DNA of 64,000 nt from Lytechinus pictus (taxonomy: Eukaryota): contig NC_087263.1 of NCBI RefSeq assembly GCF_037042905.1, positions 13,022,001 to 13,086,000 of the forward strand. Reading direction: 5' to 3'. Positions within the stretch are counted from its first letter, which is position 1; each line of letters begins with the position of its first letter. This document shows positions 1 through 13,224 of the stretch, in pieces. The position numbers were made by a program, and so were the translations under genes. The notes beneath the pieces are model-generated. The model was not told the DNA's origin. It ran no database searches and saw nothing but the letters and a program-made list of their open reading frames with translations.

Positions 1-3000
1 CCCTCGTCGAGTCGTTATGGGATCCGAGAAACGCTGCCACCCTCTTAGCCTTTGCGTCGCTCTGTCTCATAACGTTTCATTGCATCTTCAGGTCAAAGGT
101 ACGAATTACTGCGAAAAGCATCGGGCTGAGAGCAATTTTAAGCCTTCAAAATGTGCAAATATAAATAAATGAGTAATACCGCTAAATTCAACACAGTTAT
201 TTGTTTCTCTTTATGCATTTAACATTTTTACTTTATTAATTGCATTTTGAATTTTGCAAGGGCTTAGGAATAGTGAAGCTGAGTAATATAAATAAACATA
301 GTTATTTCTTTATTTTTCTACATTCAATTTCTTTTTCCCAGTTTATTATTTCCATTTTGGCCTTTGCAGATGCAGAAATTGAGTATTATAGATAAACAGA
401 TTTTTTTTTTCCCTATTTTTTAATATTTATCTTATGACAGGACACAGAGAGAAGAGTACTTGCATGTGGATTGCTTTTTCTGGCCGTTCCATTCTTGCCT
501 GCCTCTAATTTACTAATCAAAGTTGGTTTTGTTGTGGCCGAGAGAATCCTCTATATACCAAGGTAATCCCCCTGCAGGCAAAAAAGGCTTGAACTAGCTT
601 TTAAACGAATGAAAGTTAAATAAACTGCATTGGTGAAATATACCACAAATTTTAATAAACTTTTGATCCTAATGCACATGATATTCAGCAGAATTTATTT
701 ACCTTCAAATTTACCCCCAAATCCACCTCCAGATACCACAAATTTAACTTTTGACCTAATGCAAATGAAATTCGGCAAAAATTATTCCCCTCCAAATTTT
801 CGACTGCACCCTTCAGTCTTCTTCAGGGATATGACTTGTCTGATCTTCACCGGAAGTGACGTAACGGCAAAGATTTGGGTCATAAGTGTGCAGATGAAAA
901 ATTATTATGAAATGACATTCAAAGTTTAAATCTCATTTGAGCCATCCGAGTATGCTTACTTTGATATCATTTTGCTTTCTTATTATCTTGTGCATCTTTT
1001 TGAGCACCTTATCTTTATTCAAAGTCATGGTATGATTTACATATAACTTTCAGATACCATAGGAAAAAAAATTACATCATCTGTGATACTGTTGCTCACC
1101 GAATAAATACTTGCATGGCTAAACTGGAACAGTTCAAAAGCAGTTATGCTTTACTTTAGAACTGGCCTGCTTTAGAAGATATTTTAAGCGTTTTGTAATG
1201 CTATTTCGAATTAACCGCAAATAAAGCATGAATGCCTTTTTTAAAGGGATGTGAGGATGGACTTCTTTAAGTCTTTTCCAAAGGACTTGGCAATACGAAT
1301 GAACATATTTTAAAATTGGTTTTTGTAAATCTCCAAAATACTTAATGGATATATTAATGCCTTGGCTGTACTACATCAGGGCCCCGTCTTACAAAGAGTT
1401 GCGATAGATCCGATCAACCACAACTATGGAAAGCCAGCAATGTCAACATCTAAAATGCATGTTTGTTAAAAATATTTTCTAACTACGATGTACATTCATA
1501 CATTAACTGTTTTCTTGAAAATTCAGTGTGCTTCTCTTTGTTTACAAAGGACATTTTGCAAATTTCCTGCAGAAAAAATTATGACACTGATGCATTCCCA
1601 CAGAGTTACAATTGATTGGATCAATCATGACTCTTTGTTAGACGGGGCCCGGATCTATAAAGAATTTATGTGTTGATGTCAAGATGTATGTACAGTAAAA
1701 AAAAATCCTCCAATATGATGTATTATCATTATAAGGCTGTTAAGTGGTCCATTGAAAACAATGCAATATCAGGGCCTGTCTTACAAAAAGTTGTGATTGA
1801 TTCAATCAATCGTAACTATGGAAAGCCAGCAATGACAACATTTAAAATTCATGTTTGTTTAAAATATTTTCTAGAAATGACGTATATTCATACATTTCTG
1901 TTTTCTTGACAGTTCAGTATGCTTCTCTTTGTTTTCAAAGGACATTGAGCAAATTTCCTAAAGAAAAATTATGATATTTTGTGGATTTCCATATACTTTA
2001 GATTGATAGGATCAATTGTAACTCTTTGTATGATGGGACACATCATGTCCCAGAATACGTCAAAATCTGTTGACTTCCCAACAGTCTAATGATCATCATT
2101 ACAAATAATAATAATGATATGTGATGGCTTTTATTTATGGATACAAACGGGAGTAGAGAAAGTATATTCATTGTGTGCAGACATGCCAGGATCCCATGAC
2201 CGGATTGATGATAATTACAATGTAAAGGGCTAAAAAAAATAAAGTATTAAGGGCAATATAAATGTAACTATTGTTATTATTAATATTGCACTCATCCATG
2301 AATCATGCAATATTGGCCCTAACTCGTGGAATATTTTTGTTATCCCAATCTGAGCAATCCAATCCAAAATAATATGATTAATCCAGAACCATGCACCTTT
2401 CTCTTTGACAGTCTTGGCTTCTGTATCCTTGTATGCTATGGCATATTCAAGATGGCTGCCTGCCTGACGTCTCGCTCCAGTCGAGCCTTCCTCTCGATAG
2501 CTACCCTTATCATGGTGCTGTGTTTCTGCCGAAGAACATGGGTGCGGAACCGCGTTTGGGAGTCGAGAGAAACGTTATTCAAGTAAGATGATGGTGGTTA
2601 TTGTGACGCTGTTGATGGTGATTCTTGTACATTATTATTTGGTGGTAAACTAGATATCTGGGGAGTGTTTCATCAACATTTTTGTTCGACAAGTTGTCAG
2701 ATCTGACATCTTTCCCTGATTTTGATTGGCCGAGAGGCTTTGTTCCTATGGTAACTGTCGGATAAAATGGGACTTGTCGAATAAAACATCCAACAAGTCC
2801 TTTCATGAAACGCCCCCCCCCCCCAAGCATTTATTATTCCCTTTTGGGCCATTTGCTTCTCTCTGTTGATTGACCGAAATTACATTAATGAATAAGTTCA
2901 TAGAATAATTATCCAAGGAAGAAAATTCAAACTTTCCTAGAAATGGAATCTACATTTTTCAGTACATTTTCCTTTTTTTAAATTATATTCCATGCGTAAT

Positions 3001-6000
3001 TTGCTAGCAGGTTAAAGAAACTACAAATTAAAGTGCAGGAGACTCTCTGGTCTATATTTTGAAATACGTTTTAACTTCAATAGGTCATGGTTTGTCTCAC
3101 CAAAACACTATAGTTAGAGGAAGCCATATATGCCAAAATTGTGTTTACATCTTATGTTTACTGCACTCTTCATTAATAAATTGTGAATACAATTATCTTA
3201 TTCATCCTTCCTAGATAGTAGAGAATGATTTGAGAGTCAAATGAGCTCTCATATGGAACCTCTACTGTTAGGCATTAAGACACAACTGCCTATCCATAGT
3301 TAAATCACAACTTTAAACCAGAGTTTAGATTAAACCTGACTTCAGAATATAGGCCTCTGCCTCTTTCAAGCTTAACTCTTAATTTTTTTTTTATCTTTCC
3401 ATTGATCTGCAGGTCAGGATTGGAGACATTGCCTCACAATGCGAAGATGCATTATAACTACGGCAACTATCTCATGGATACAGGGCTTAGAACCGAAGCC
3501 ATCAAGCATTTTCAAGAAACTTTGAGGTGACTATGAACATGCTGGGCAAACTCGCGGGAAATTTAGGTAATTTCTGCCCATGTCGGACATACAGGAAAAA
3601 ACTTGTAATTGCCGGAAAGTATAGGGAGGTACATGTACAAAGAAATGCTAGGAAGTACAGGAAGGTTCAGTGAAATGCTAGAATATGCTTGAAAAACACC
3701 TGGGACCATTTCATGAAAGTTGTCAGCACCAAGTTGTCTTTCTCCGACAGTTACCATAGTAACAGTCAGAGGCCAGTGCCTTTCAGCCAATCACAACCAA
3801 GGATTTCACTGAAATTGTCAGCACTGACAATTTAGTCAGTGCTGACAACTTTCATGAAACACCCACCAGGGAAATACCCAAAATGTTTAAGAAGCATATT
3901 TTGTAGTACTATTACCCTGCATTTCCGACTATTTCCCATTTTCCTTTTAAAAAAAGTTATCGAGGCGATATTAACCGCCAGTATTTTCATCTCAGGCCAC
4001 GCTGCTCAAAATAGCTTGAAGTCCCACAGTGTATTTCATGGCGTGTTCATGATGTGGATCATCTCCACACTGTTGGATTTGCAGAGTCATTGTGTACTCA
4101 CTGTTAATGCACACTACTGTAGAGGTGTCCACAGTTTTATGTGTGGATACACTGAAAAAGAGATGTCCACTGTGAATTTATCTTGATTTTTATCTTCACA
4201 CTTAATTTTAGCATTTTAATAAGGTGAAGCATACCTTTACATAGTTCAAAGTGTGAACACACAACAAATACGCTGTAAACAGACTGTGAATACTTTATGA
4301 ACCCACTGTGAACTCACTGGATACTCTATGAACACACTGCAAACTCATTGTTAACACACTGTAAACACATGGTGAATACATTGTGGATACTCTATGAACA
4401 CACTACAAACACTATCAACACACTGAATACACTGAACACACTGTAAATACTATATGAACACACTTTGAACACACTGTGGATACAATTATACTGTTAAGAG
4501 AATGAATACTTTATGAACACACTGCAAACTCACTGTGAATACACTGGATACACAGTGAACACATTGTGAACATACTGGATACTCTGTGAATACTCTATGA
4601 ACATACTGTGGATACACTGTGAACATACTGTACACACTGTGAATACATTGTGGATACTGTATGAACACACTGCAAACACTATGAAAACACTGAATACTCT
4701 GTGAACACACTGAATATACTACTAGCACACTGTGAACACACTGTAAACACTCTGAACACACTGAATGCACTGTGAACTCACTATGAATATACTACTAGCA
4801 CACTGAACGCACTGTAAACACTATGAACACACTGAATACACTATGAATATACTACTAGCACACTGTGAATACACTGTTAACACTATGAACACACTGAATA
4901 CACTGTGAACACACTATGAATATACTACTTGCACACTGAACACACTTCAAACACTATGAACACACTGAATATACTACTTGCACACTGTGAATACACTGTA
5001 AACGCAATGAACACGCTGAATACACTGTGAACTCACTATGAATATACTACTGGCACACTGAACGCACTGTAAACACTATGAACACACTGAATACTCTATG
5101 AACATACTACTGGCACACTGAACACACTTCAAACACTTATGAACACACACAATATACTACTTGCACACTGTGAACACACAGTAAACACTATGAACACACT
5201 GAATACACTGTGAACTCACTATGAATATATTACTAGCAGACTGTGATGCACTGTAAACACTGAGCACACTGAATACTCAATGAACACACTGAATTCACTG
5301 TGAACATACTGAATACACTGGCTACTCTGAACACAATGCGAACACACTGTGGATACACTGCACACACCGTGAACACGATATGAACATGCTTGTCACTATT
5401 CTTTACATGAGGGTAAATCTTTCTTTATTACTATTAGTTTATTAATGACTTCGAATAGATCAATTCAGTTTCAGTTTAGTTTATTTCACTTCCATTTTCT
5501 GATGATAAACATAACAAACATATATACATATGTATGAATGTACATAACAGAATAAGTGTCATAAGAATACTTCAATAATTAATAAACAAATTCGTAGGAA
5601 ATAGTCAGAGTATATATAATTCTTTTTGTTCCAAACACATTTTGATAATTAGACAAATTATAGATTACAGTTAGCATGTGAAAATGAAAATGAGGGACTT
5701 ATTAAAAAGCAAAGCTTGTAATGGTAAGTCCCTTGAGATAAATTTATAGTAATCTTAATCGTATGTAATTAAAATTAAAGTAGGACAATCTTGACCATAT
5801 ATGAAGAATGGCAAAATAGGTTTGAAAAACAAGTAAAGGGGGGGGGGCAGTGACTACATAAATTAGGGGGGGGAGAAGGGAATGTTAAAAGCTGAAGAAA
5901 AACAAAAAAACAAAAAACGGTTATGTGTCCAGCAGAGAAAAGGGAAAGGGGAGGGGAAAGAGAAATATGGTCGAGAGTCAAGTATCGTGGAAAAGAGAAA

Positions 6001-7511
6001 GCAGTTCATATGTGTTATACGTTGTACTCATTAAGGAATGAAAGTTTTAGGTGTTTTTTTGAAGGTGTTTATATTTCTATTTTGTTTAAGGCTTTGGTGA
6101 ATACCATTCCAGTATTTGGGACCTGTGTAAGTGATGTTTTTTTTGTGCGAGTGTGGTTCTAGTCAGAGGGGGATGATATTGATTTTGAATAGCTTGTCTT
6201 GTAGGGTATGTATGGATGTCAGTGTTTTTGGTAAAGAGTGAAGTAATTGCGGGGGTAATTCGTTTTTTGATAGCTGGAACATAAAAGTTCCAAGGTTCAG
6301 GAGATAGAGATTGTGGATTTTTAGTATTCTATTTTTTTAAATAACTTGATTAATTCAATTAATTTGATATGTTTGATTTTTTTTTTTCTTAAGTCAAGAA
6401 AATTGATAAAATCTCTTCCGTGATATGTATGCAGTTTTGGGGCTGTTTATGTATCTGTTGACTAAAGTGAAGTTCTTTACAGTGTTTCGATGATTTACAC
6501 AGTTTACAAGCCAAAATTCCAGCTGTGGCAACGATATCAAAATGAGTTCATGTCCATTCCTCATCAAAATGCAAGGTTTTTTTTATTTGTAATATATTTA
6601 TTTCAGTTTATACCCTCGGCATGCTTCAGCCAATAACAATCTTGGTACGCTACTGAGCGAAAGTGAACCACAGAGGGCAGCAGACTTTTTCCATGAGGCA
6701 ATAAGGATTAATCCTCTGCATGCTAGAGCATACTTCAACCTGGCAAATATATATCAGTAAGTCTAATAGAAAAAGTATTAGACTTTTATGGACTAAATGT
6801 ATATTAATGTGACTTAGACTTTTATGGACTATAATGTGACTGACTTTTATGGACTAAATGAATATTAATGTGGCTTAGACTTTTATGGACTAAAAGATTA
6901 TTGAAGTCCATGTTGTATGTAGCCTCTTGTCGAGGCCCTGTCGGCTGCTTTCCGAGCGAACATGGCAAAGCACGGGAGAGAGCGAAGCAGAGCGCCGCGA
7001 GACAGGGCCTCTGGACATCTGTGCCGAATTTCACCGACTTTCTTTTGTTTTTTATTGTTTTTACCAATTCACCGACCAAAAACTGGTCGGTGAAAATCAT
7101 CCAATGAGAGCGCGAGCTGCTATGACGTCATATTAAATATTTATGAGCTCCTCTTGAATGACGACCCTTGGATTCTTGGCGAAGAGTGACGACGAAATAT
7201 CAAAGAGCACTGAATATGCCTCTAAAACGCTGAATATTGACCGATTTAAGGATTTGCAAGTCGATGAAATTAACTCTGCACTGAAAGGACGAGATGTCTT
7301 TGTAAATCTACCCACAGGATATGGAAAAAATGTAATATTTTATGCGATTCCACCGGTCGATCCGGGGCGTCGATTATCGATCTCCGCTGTGCAGTGCAGT
7401 GAGGGAAGCTGGGGTGGAGTTGCTGGGAGTTGACTCGAGTCTGACCAGCGGCTGAGCAGTATCTCCCGGGAAGTTTCGGGGCGGTGATGGGTCTGTTACG
7501 GCCAGTAGTAA

Positions 7512-7543
<32 letters not shown>

Positions 7544-10500
7544 CCACTACTTGTAGCATTTTGCTGGTTATATCCCCTTTAGTGTCCCGCAATTAAATGA
7601 ATCCCCTGCAGAATAGTGGACTACTATATAGTATTCCGAACCCAAGACGAAACAGCTCTGACATTTCATTGGTTTACTCGGTGACCGGTAATATCATGAC
7701 TCATGTATATTCATTAGGAAGACGTTCCTCATGAATATATAATTCAGTTCAGATGTCAAGAGGCCCTGGCTCGCGCCAGGCCTAATTCGCTTCGCGAATT
7801 AGGAAAGCCCTCGCTTCGCTCGGGAAGCAGCCGCCAGGGCCTCGACAAGAGGCTATGTTGTATGGTGCTTTAGGCATGTGTTCAGGTATGAAAAGTTTCA
7901 GTTCATGTGTTGTCCTATGGTATTTCTTTGAAAATACTGATTTTCAGCTTTAAAATGCTGAAATTATCTTGTTCAGGCTGGTAGCTCGGAATAACATTTG
8001 ATACATGTATGTATAAATCTGCACTGTCAACTTTACAATCTCTTTTTATCCATCATACTACTATACTTTTATTGTTTGTTGATATGTGCAGATGTAGATT
8101 TTTCATCAATCATTGTATGTTCACTTTCTTGTAAATGGAATTGTCTTGGGGACCTAAATATATTTCCTTATTACAAGAAATGAATTGCACTGCAGGGCTA
8201 TTGAGTAATCAAGAATAATTATGTATGTAGTTACTCAGCTGAAAGCCAAGAATTGTTTGGCAATTCTGCCCAATGACATAATGTTCTCATGGCTTTTCAT
8301 GTATTTGTAGCCTTGGAAAACTTGCCAGTTCTGAGATGCGAGATCTTATAGCCCTGGTGACGATATTGTATGTTATCATGATTTTCCTTGGAGATCTTGC
8401 CATTCCTAAGATGCAAGATCTTGTGGCCATTTGTGACATTACTGTATGTTATCATGATTGTCCATGTTTCAGTAACCGCGGAGAGCTTGCCACTGCTGAA
8501 GCGTTGTTTCTGAAAGCCTTGGAGATCGATCCTCAGTACCTGGATGTCTTCATCAGCTTGGCCTCCTTGAAGCAGGTCCAGGGGGATATCACTGCAGCCG
8601 AAGGCTTGTACAGGCAGGGCCTGGAGAATGGGGAGCCTTCCGCCGACCTTCACAACAACTATGCAGCATTTCTCATGGGCAATGGTAAGTTTCCTTCATT
8701 TGCAAATCAATTGTTAGTCCTTAAATGAGATTCAATTGGCAGTTCCAAGAAATTGAGTTGCAATTGATTTGTGCTAATGCTTAACAAAGAGCTTGTGTTT
8801 GATTTGATGACAAAAAAGATGCAGTTTCTCAAGTCTGGCAGCTTGGTAAGTCAAAAATATTTGGGAGCAATTTAAGTACGTACGGGAATGGTTTTCATGA
8901 CCAAAAGATTCAGAGGGGTATGACATTTAATTCTACTATGGCTTGTCCCTTCAGGCTTTTATCTCAACTCCGTCATCACTATCAAGCAGACCCATTTCTC
9001 ACTTTCCTTGTGTATTTGTTTGTAATTTTAATTTCATACTAGATCATCATCAGGAAGCGTTATACCACTATGGAAAATGCTTAAAGATTGACCCCGCCCA
9101 TGTCGTTGCCATGACGAATAAGGCCCGCCTCCTCAGACATCTAAACAGAACAGATGAAGCAGAGGATATGTACATCAGGTATGTTTTGTTTTTTATCAAA
9201 TTCCTTCTTGTAGAGAAGTGTGAATGTATTTCTTTTTCTATAATAATTATAGTATCTTTTATAGTGGTTCCCAATGTGGAATATAGATGTTATAATCACC
9301 TCTTGATTTCAGGTGACGAGGTTAACACTCACTTCTTCGGAGAGCTGGATGTTCACGCTACATCCAACTTGCCTTTAAAATAATTTACCCATTACCTTCA
9401 CCTTCAAGAATGTTCCTTTTTTAGCTTGAATACTAACTCTTTCTGTAATGGGCTATTTGGCTCCATGAAAATACTAGGGAGGGGTGGGAGGGACTGAGAG
9501 GCATACTACATGACATGTGCATTGGCTTTTACTGCCTACCAGGAAGACCTTCCCATTTAAAACCTGGTTTGATAGTGGAACATTATGCATTATGAACGCA
9601 GATAATTCTATTATCAAATGACAGTTCACGAATACCCTCTTCTGTTTTGTATCTATACGAATCCAGGTCTCTCTCATACAGCAACAATGCCAAAACCTTG
9701 CAGAGCCTTGCAGCTATTTATTACAACACTGATCGGCCATCCAAAGCCCTGGGGACTTACAAAGAAGCATTGGACTTGGAACCTCATAATCTCGAGATAC
9801 AGCTTCAATATGTAAGTTTGAATCTGTCCAAACTTTGTGTCTATATTGTGAAAAAAATGTTTTGTCAGTCAAATTTAGAAAATTCCTGAATGCCTGTTTT
9901 TGTTTAAATCCTTGTTATAATTTCTCTCAATTTATATGTGGACCATTATGGAAGAGTTGATTAGTCTTTGAAGCAGCGGGTCGTGGGTTCGAATCCAAGT
10001 CATGGCATGATTCCTTTCAGCAAGAAATTGATAAAATTATGCTGCACTCAACCCAGGTGAGGTGAATGGTACTTGGCAGGATTAATTCCTTAAATGCACC
10101 AAGGGCCTTTACATGTACATGTAGCAGCAGGAGCCAAAGCCGTTGTAATATGTAGTGTGCTATTGTCTAGGCAACTTGATAATCGCCACCTCAAGCCCGG
10201 CTCACACTATGCGATTTTGTTGTGACGTGATTCTTTAATAAATCGCATTTTGCATTAGATGTGAAAGTTCCACGAAATAAGATTATTTAATTTGAAGTTC
10301 GGCATGATGTGTGGAATAATAAAATCATAATTTTGCTTGGCGGCAAGCCCTGGGGTCGGAGTAAAGTCCAAATCGCCTTCAAGTTGCAGTCGTTGATGAC
10401 GTCATCACGATTTGGATTTGAAATTGAATTTGTTTTTATTCCTGCTGGGAGGCTCGAGCTAGACTGAATTTCGATTTCCGTAGTCCTACCACAATTCTGG

Positions 10501-13224
10501 TTGGAATGTTAATATCAAATGTTATTACAATTTCTTTGAAATTTGAATCGCATAGTGTGAGCTGGGTTTCATGATTGCTATATATTTTTATTATCTTCTA
10601 ACAAGCTTGGCAGTTGTATGATATGGTTATTTTTGCGAAAGTTTATTTTATTTTTTTTAAATCTGTCTAGGCCCAGGTTATGACAAGACTTGGTCTATTC
10701 AAGGAAGCAGAGGCCTATCTCACCGAAGCCCTGGACTCCAATCCAACCACCATAGAACTTCATAGACTCCTCTCAAGTGTGTACAGTGTACAGCATCGCT
10801 ACCAAGAGGTGAGTACGCATTTCCAGGTTTTGCATTATTGTGTTGAAGCGTTGTGGTGTAGTGGAAAAGTCTCGGACCTTGAACCACAAGGTTCGGGCTT
10901 CTAATCCCAACACAGCACTTGCATACTTTGGCACTCTGAAACAAAGGGTTGTGGGTTCGAATCCCAGCCATGGCGTAATTTCCTTCAGCAAGAAATTTAT
11001 TGACATTGTGCTGCACTCAACCCAGGTGAGGTGAATGGGTACCCGGCAGGATTAATTCCTTGAATGCACTGAGCGCTGAAAGGCAGCTCGAGCTAAAGCC
11101 GGGGTAATAATAATGATAAACAATGCGCCTCGGAATAGAATATTTCTAGATAGATGGCGCTATATAAATGCCTATTATTATTATTATCAAGGCATTTATC
11201 TTTATTTGCCACTCTCCACTCAAGTGTAGTATGGGTACCTGGTACGAACTAATTTCATTAAATGCTTGAGCACCCGATCAAGGAAGTGGCGTTGATGATG
11301 ATTATGACGACAGTGAAGATTATGGTGATGGTGATTAAGATGATAAGAATATAATAAGAGAATGATAAACTAGATTAATATGAACCACCATTGCTATTCA
11401 TGGGGGGTTTATTTCCAATTGGTCTAATGCCAATTTTCCCAATTGCCAACTTGTCTACTATCATTTGGTCTACCATCAGTTCGCCCACTATCCACATGGT
11501 CTAATTGCCAATTCATCCACTCAACATTTTGTCTAATAAGCAGTTGGTCCGATAGCCATTATTCATTTTCGCTATATGCTCACTTAAAAATCACCAATTG
11601 TCTTTGCTTAAAGGCTTTGAGGCAAGTTGAGGTAGCGCTGGGACTGACTAAGATCACAGATGTGGAAACCAAAGCAGAGCTCCTGTTTGAGAAGGCCAAC
11701 CACTTGAAGGGACTCAACAAAATAGAGGAGTCACAAAAGGTAATGATGTATGCATGTCCATCAGTCACTGTTGTCTTAGCATCTAAATGGGGCATCCAAC
11801 CTTGGTCATCTAATGTTTTGTTTGAGAGGAGAAATATAATTAAAGCAGAATTGTACAAGTTTGATAAAATTTGGCTGTTTAAAAATTGAGGTCCCTAAGA
11901 TTATGTAAAATTAATCCCAAAGGCCATGTGGAAGCATCGTGGTGTAGCGGTTCTGACTCTCACCTTGTAATCAGAGGGTCGTGTGTTCGAATCCCACCAT
12001 GGCCTAGCGTCCTTTGGCAAGGCGTGAATCCACACTTTGCCACTCTCCACCCAGGTGTTAAATGGGTACCCGGTAGGATGTGAAAGCCTATATGTAGTAT
12101 GCCTAGCAATTGAGTCTTGGAACTCTTGTTGGAATGCTCCCCAGAGAGTGGAGAAGGTGCATACATTGTATGCGGGCATGCAAGGATCCGATGACCGGGG
12201 TAATAATATGTCTGTAAAGCGCTTAGAGACGTCGTTCCGATGTATTAAGCGCTATATAAATGCGGAATATTATTATTATTATTATTATGTACTTAATTAT
12301 CATCTGTGGTATATGTATATGTACGTTAATGCACAATAACATTGAATTGATGCAGACTGGTCTCTATTCTCATGAATACAGACATATGTAGAGGTATTGT
12401 CTCTGAACCCAGAGATGGGATCATGCCTGCTGAACTTAGGAGCCATTCACCACCTCAAGGTAATTCATTCATTTTATTTATTCATTTGTGAAATTGTTTA
12501 TTTATTTGTGAAGCTTTGATTCTATTAATTCAATAGTTTAAAATCATAGAAGTATATTTTTATATCGGTTTCACAAATTATTTACCCATTCATTTATTCA
12601 TTCATTCATCACTCCACTCCAAATTGTTTATGTATTTATTTACCCATTCAGTAATTCGTCCATCCATTCGGTAATTCCTCCATGCCGTCCTTTAAGTTCA
12701 TTCACTCATTCATGCATGTTTGTTCATTAATTAATCAATTCATTTATTTATACATTAAATTCATTCTTTCGTTCTTTCTTTCTTTCTTTCATTCTTTCAT
12801 CTATTCAGTCATGAATTCATATTTTTCACCCACCCATTCATTCATTCATCCATCAATTCATTTGTCCATTTATTCACCTGTCAACTAATCCATCCATGAA
12901 TTTATTCATTCATTCATTCAACTTAATTACCATTTCCAGTCCATCGATGTGCATATATGTATCCACAGATCGGAAACGCTTTTGCAAATATTTTTGTAAT
13001 CGACAGATAACATTCCTTACATAATCATGAGTTTAATCTTTTATAATTTATCGCTACATTTTGTGTTTTTCTTTTCAATGTTTATTTTGTAATTCCAGGG
13101 AGACTACAAGCAAGCTAGGATGTATTACATGAGGGCGCTGACCCTTGACCCCAAGAATGAAATCCTCATTGAAAACATCGCCAAGCTGAAGAGAGCAGAA
13201 TCTAAAGCAAGGAGAACAACGTAA
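1..13224 (+). CDS. TMTC1: TMTC1-like protein O-mannosyltransferase (TM + TPR), 5'-partial; coding exons 1-98, 441-562, 2412-2582, 3413-3526, 6607-6756, 8473-8684, 9043-9178, 9667-9811, 10671-10808, 11614-11739, 12382-12459, 13099-13224
   Basis: All 12 exons have GT-AG introns with compatible phases. Spliced translation includes LVESLWDPRN, PFLPASNLLIKVGFVVAERILYIPSLGFCIL, WESRETLFKSGLETLPHNAKMHYNYGN and LYPRHASANNNLGTL (TMTC1-type), followed by TPR repeats; TAA at 13222-13224. Confidence 0.92.
1379..1650. mobile_element. Palindromic MITE (related copies ~1772-2037 and ~63011-63285)
   Basis: TIRs gggccccgtcttacaaagagt / actctttgttagacggggccc; the same internal sequence recurs twice more in the window. 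Confidence 0.75.
4250..5400. repeat. Degenerate minisatellite built from gaacacact(g/a) units
   Basis: Dense reiteration of tgaacacactg/tgaatacactg; similar motifs at ~25600-26070 and ~62160-62420. Confidence 0.85.
5460..6340 (-). mobile_element. Degraded 3' end of an L2/Crack-like LINE
   Basis: Minus strand of ~6200-6330 reads NRILKIHNLYLLNLGTFMFQLSKNELP..LFTKNTDIHTYPTRQ (ORF2 C-terminal motif, frameshifted); AATAAA and a short-repeat tail at ~5460-5490. Confidence 0.6.
6780..6895. repeat. Short tandem repeat, 4 copies of gacttttatggacta...
   Basis: Units of ~25-37 bp visible directly. Confidence 0.8.
6920..7855 (+). mobile_element. Non-autonomous AcademH-like DNA transposon with a RecQ helicase fragment
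   Basis: ~40-bp TIRs starting TAGCCTCTTGTCGAGGCCCTG; 9-bp TSD tgttgtatg (6911-6919, 7856-7864); internal ORF 7158-7433 has FKDLQ..GRDVFVNLPTGYGKN (RecQ motifs 0/I). Confidence 0.8.
9966..10175 (+). mobile_element. 5'-truncated tRNA-derived SINE
   Basis: B box gggttcgaatcc followed by the cagcaagaaatt...cactcaacccaggtgaggtgaatggt body shared with other copies. Confidence 0.7.
10193..10569. mobile_element. MITE, PIF/Harbinger-like
   Basis: TIRs aagcccggctcacactatgcgatt / aatcgcatagtgtgagctgggttt. Confidence 0.7.
10845..11290 (+). mobile_element. Nested tRNA-derived SINEs (10934-11187 inserted in a SINE of another family)
   Basis: Outer head stops at ctttggca and resumes caaggcattt...atgggtacc at 11188; the inner copy has a B box and a (TAT)n tail. 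Confidence 0.7.
11928..12287 (+). mobile_element. Full-length tRNA-derived SINE (related copy ~52735-53090)
   Basis: A box tggtgtagcgg, B box gttcgaatcc, CORE-like ccacccaggtgttaaatgggtacc, tail gcgctatataaatgc(tat)n. Confidence 0.8.
12590..12930. repeat. (ATTC)n-derived low-complexity tract
   Basis: Reiterated cattcatt motifs. Confidence 0.75.

Noticed and set aside
4486..4770. Cys/Val/Ser-rich ORF
   Set aside because: Translation of a minisatellite.
7158..7433. Host RecQ helicase gene nested in TMTC1
   Set aside because: Only motifs 0/I are present, and they are enclosed by TIRs and a TSD.
11928..12005. tRNA gene (also ~10845, ~42070-42143, ~52735)
   Set aside because: A and B boxes run into SINE bodies and tails; no proper acceptor stem or terminator.
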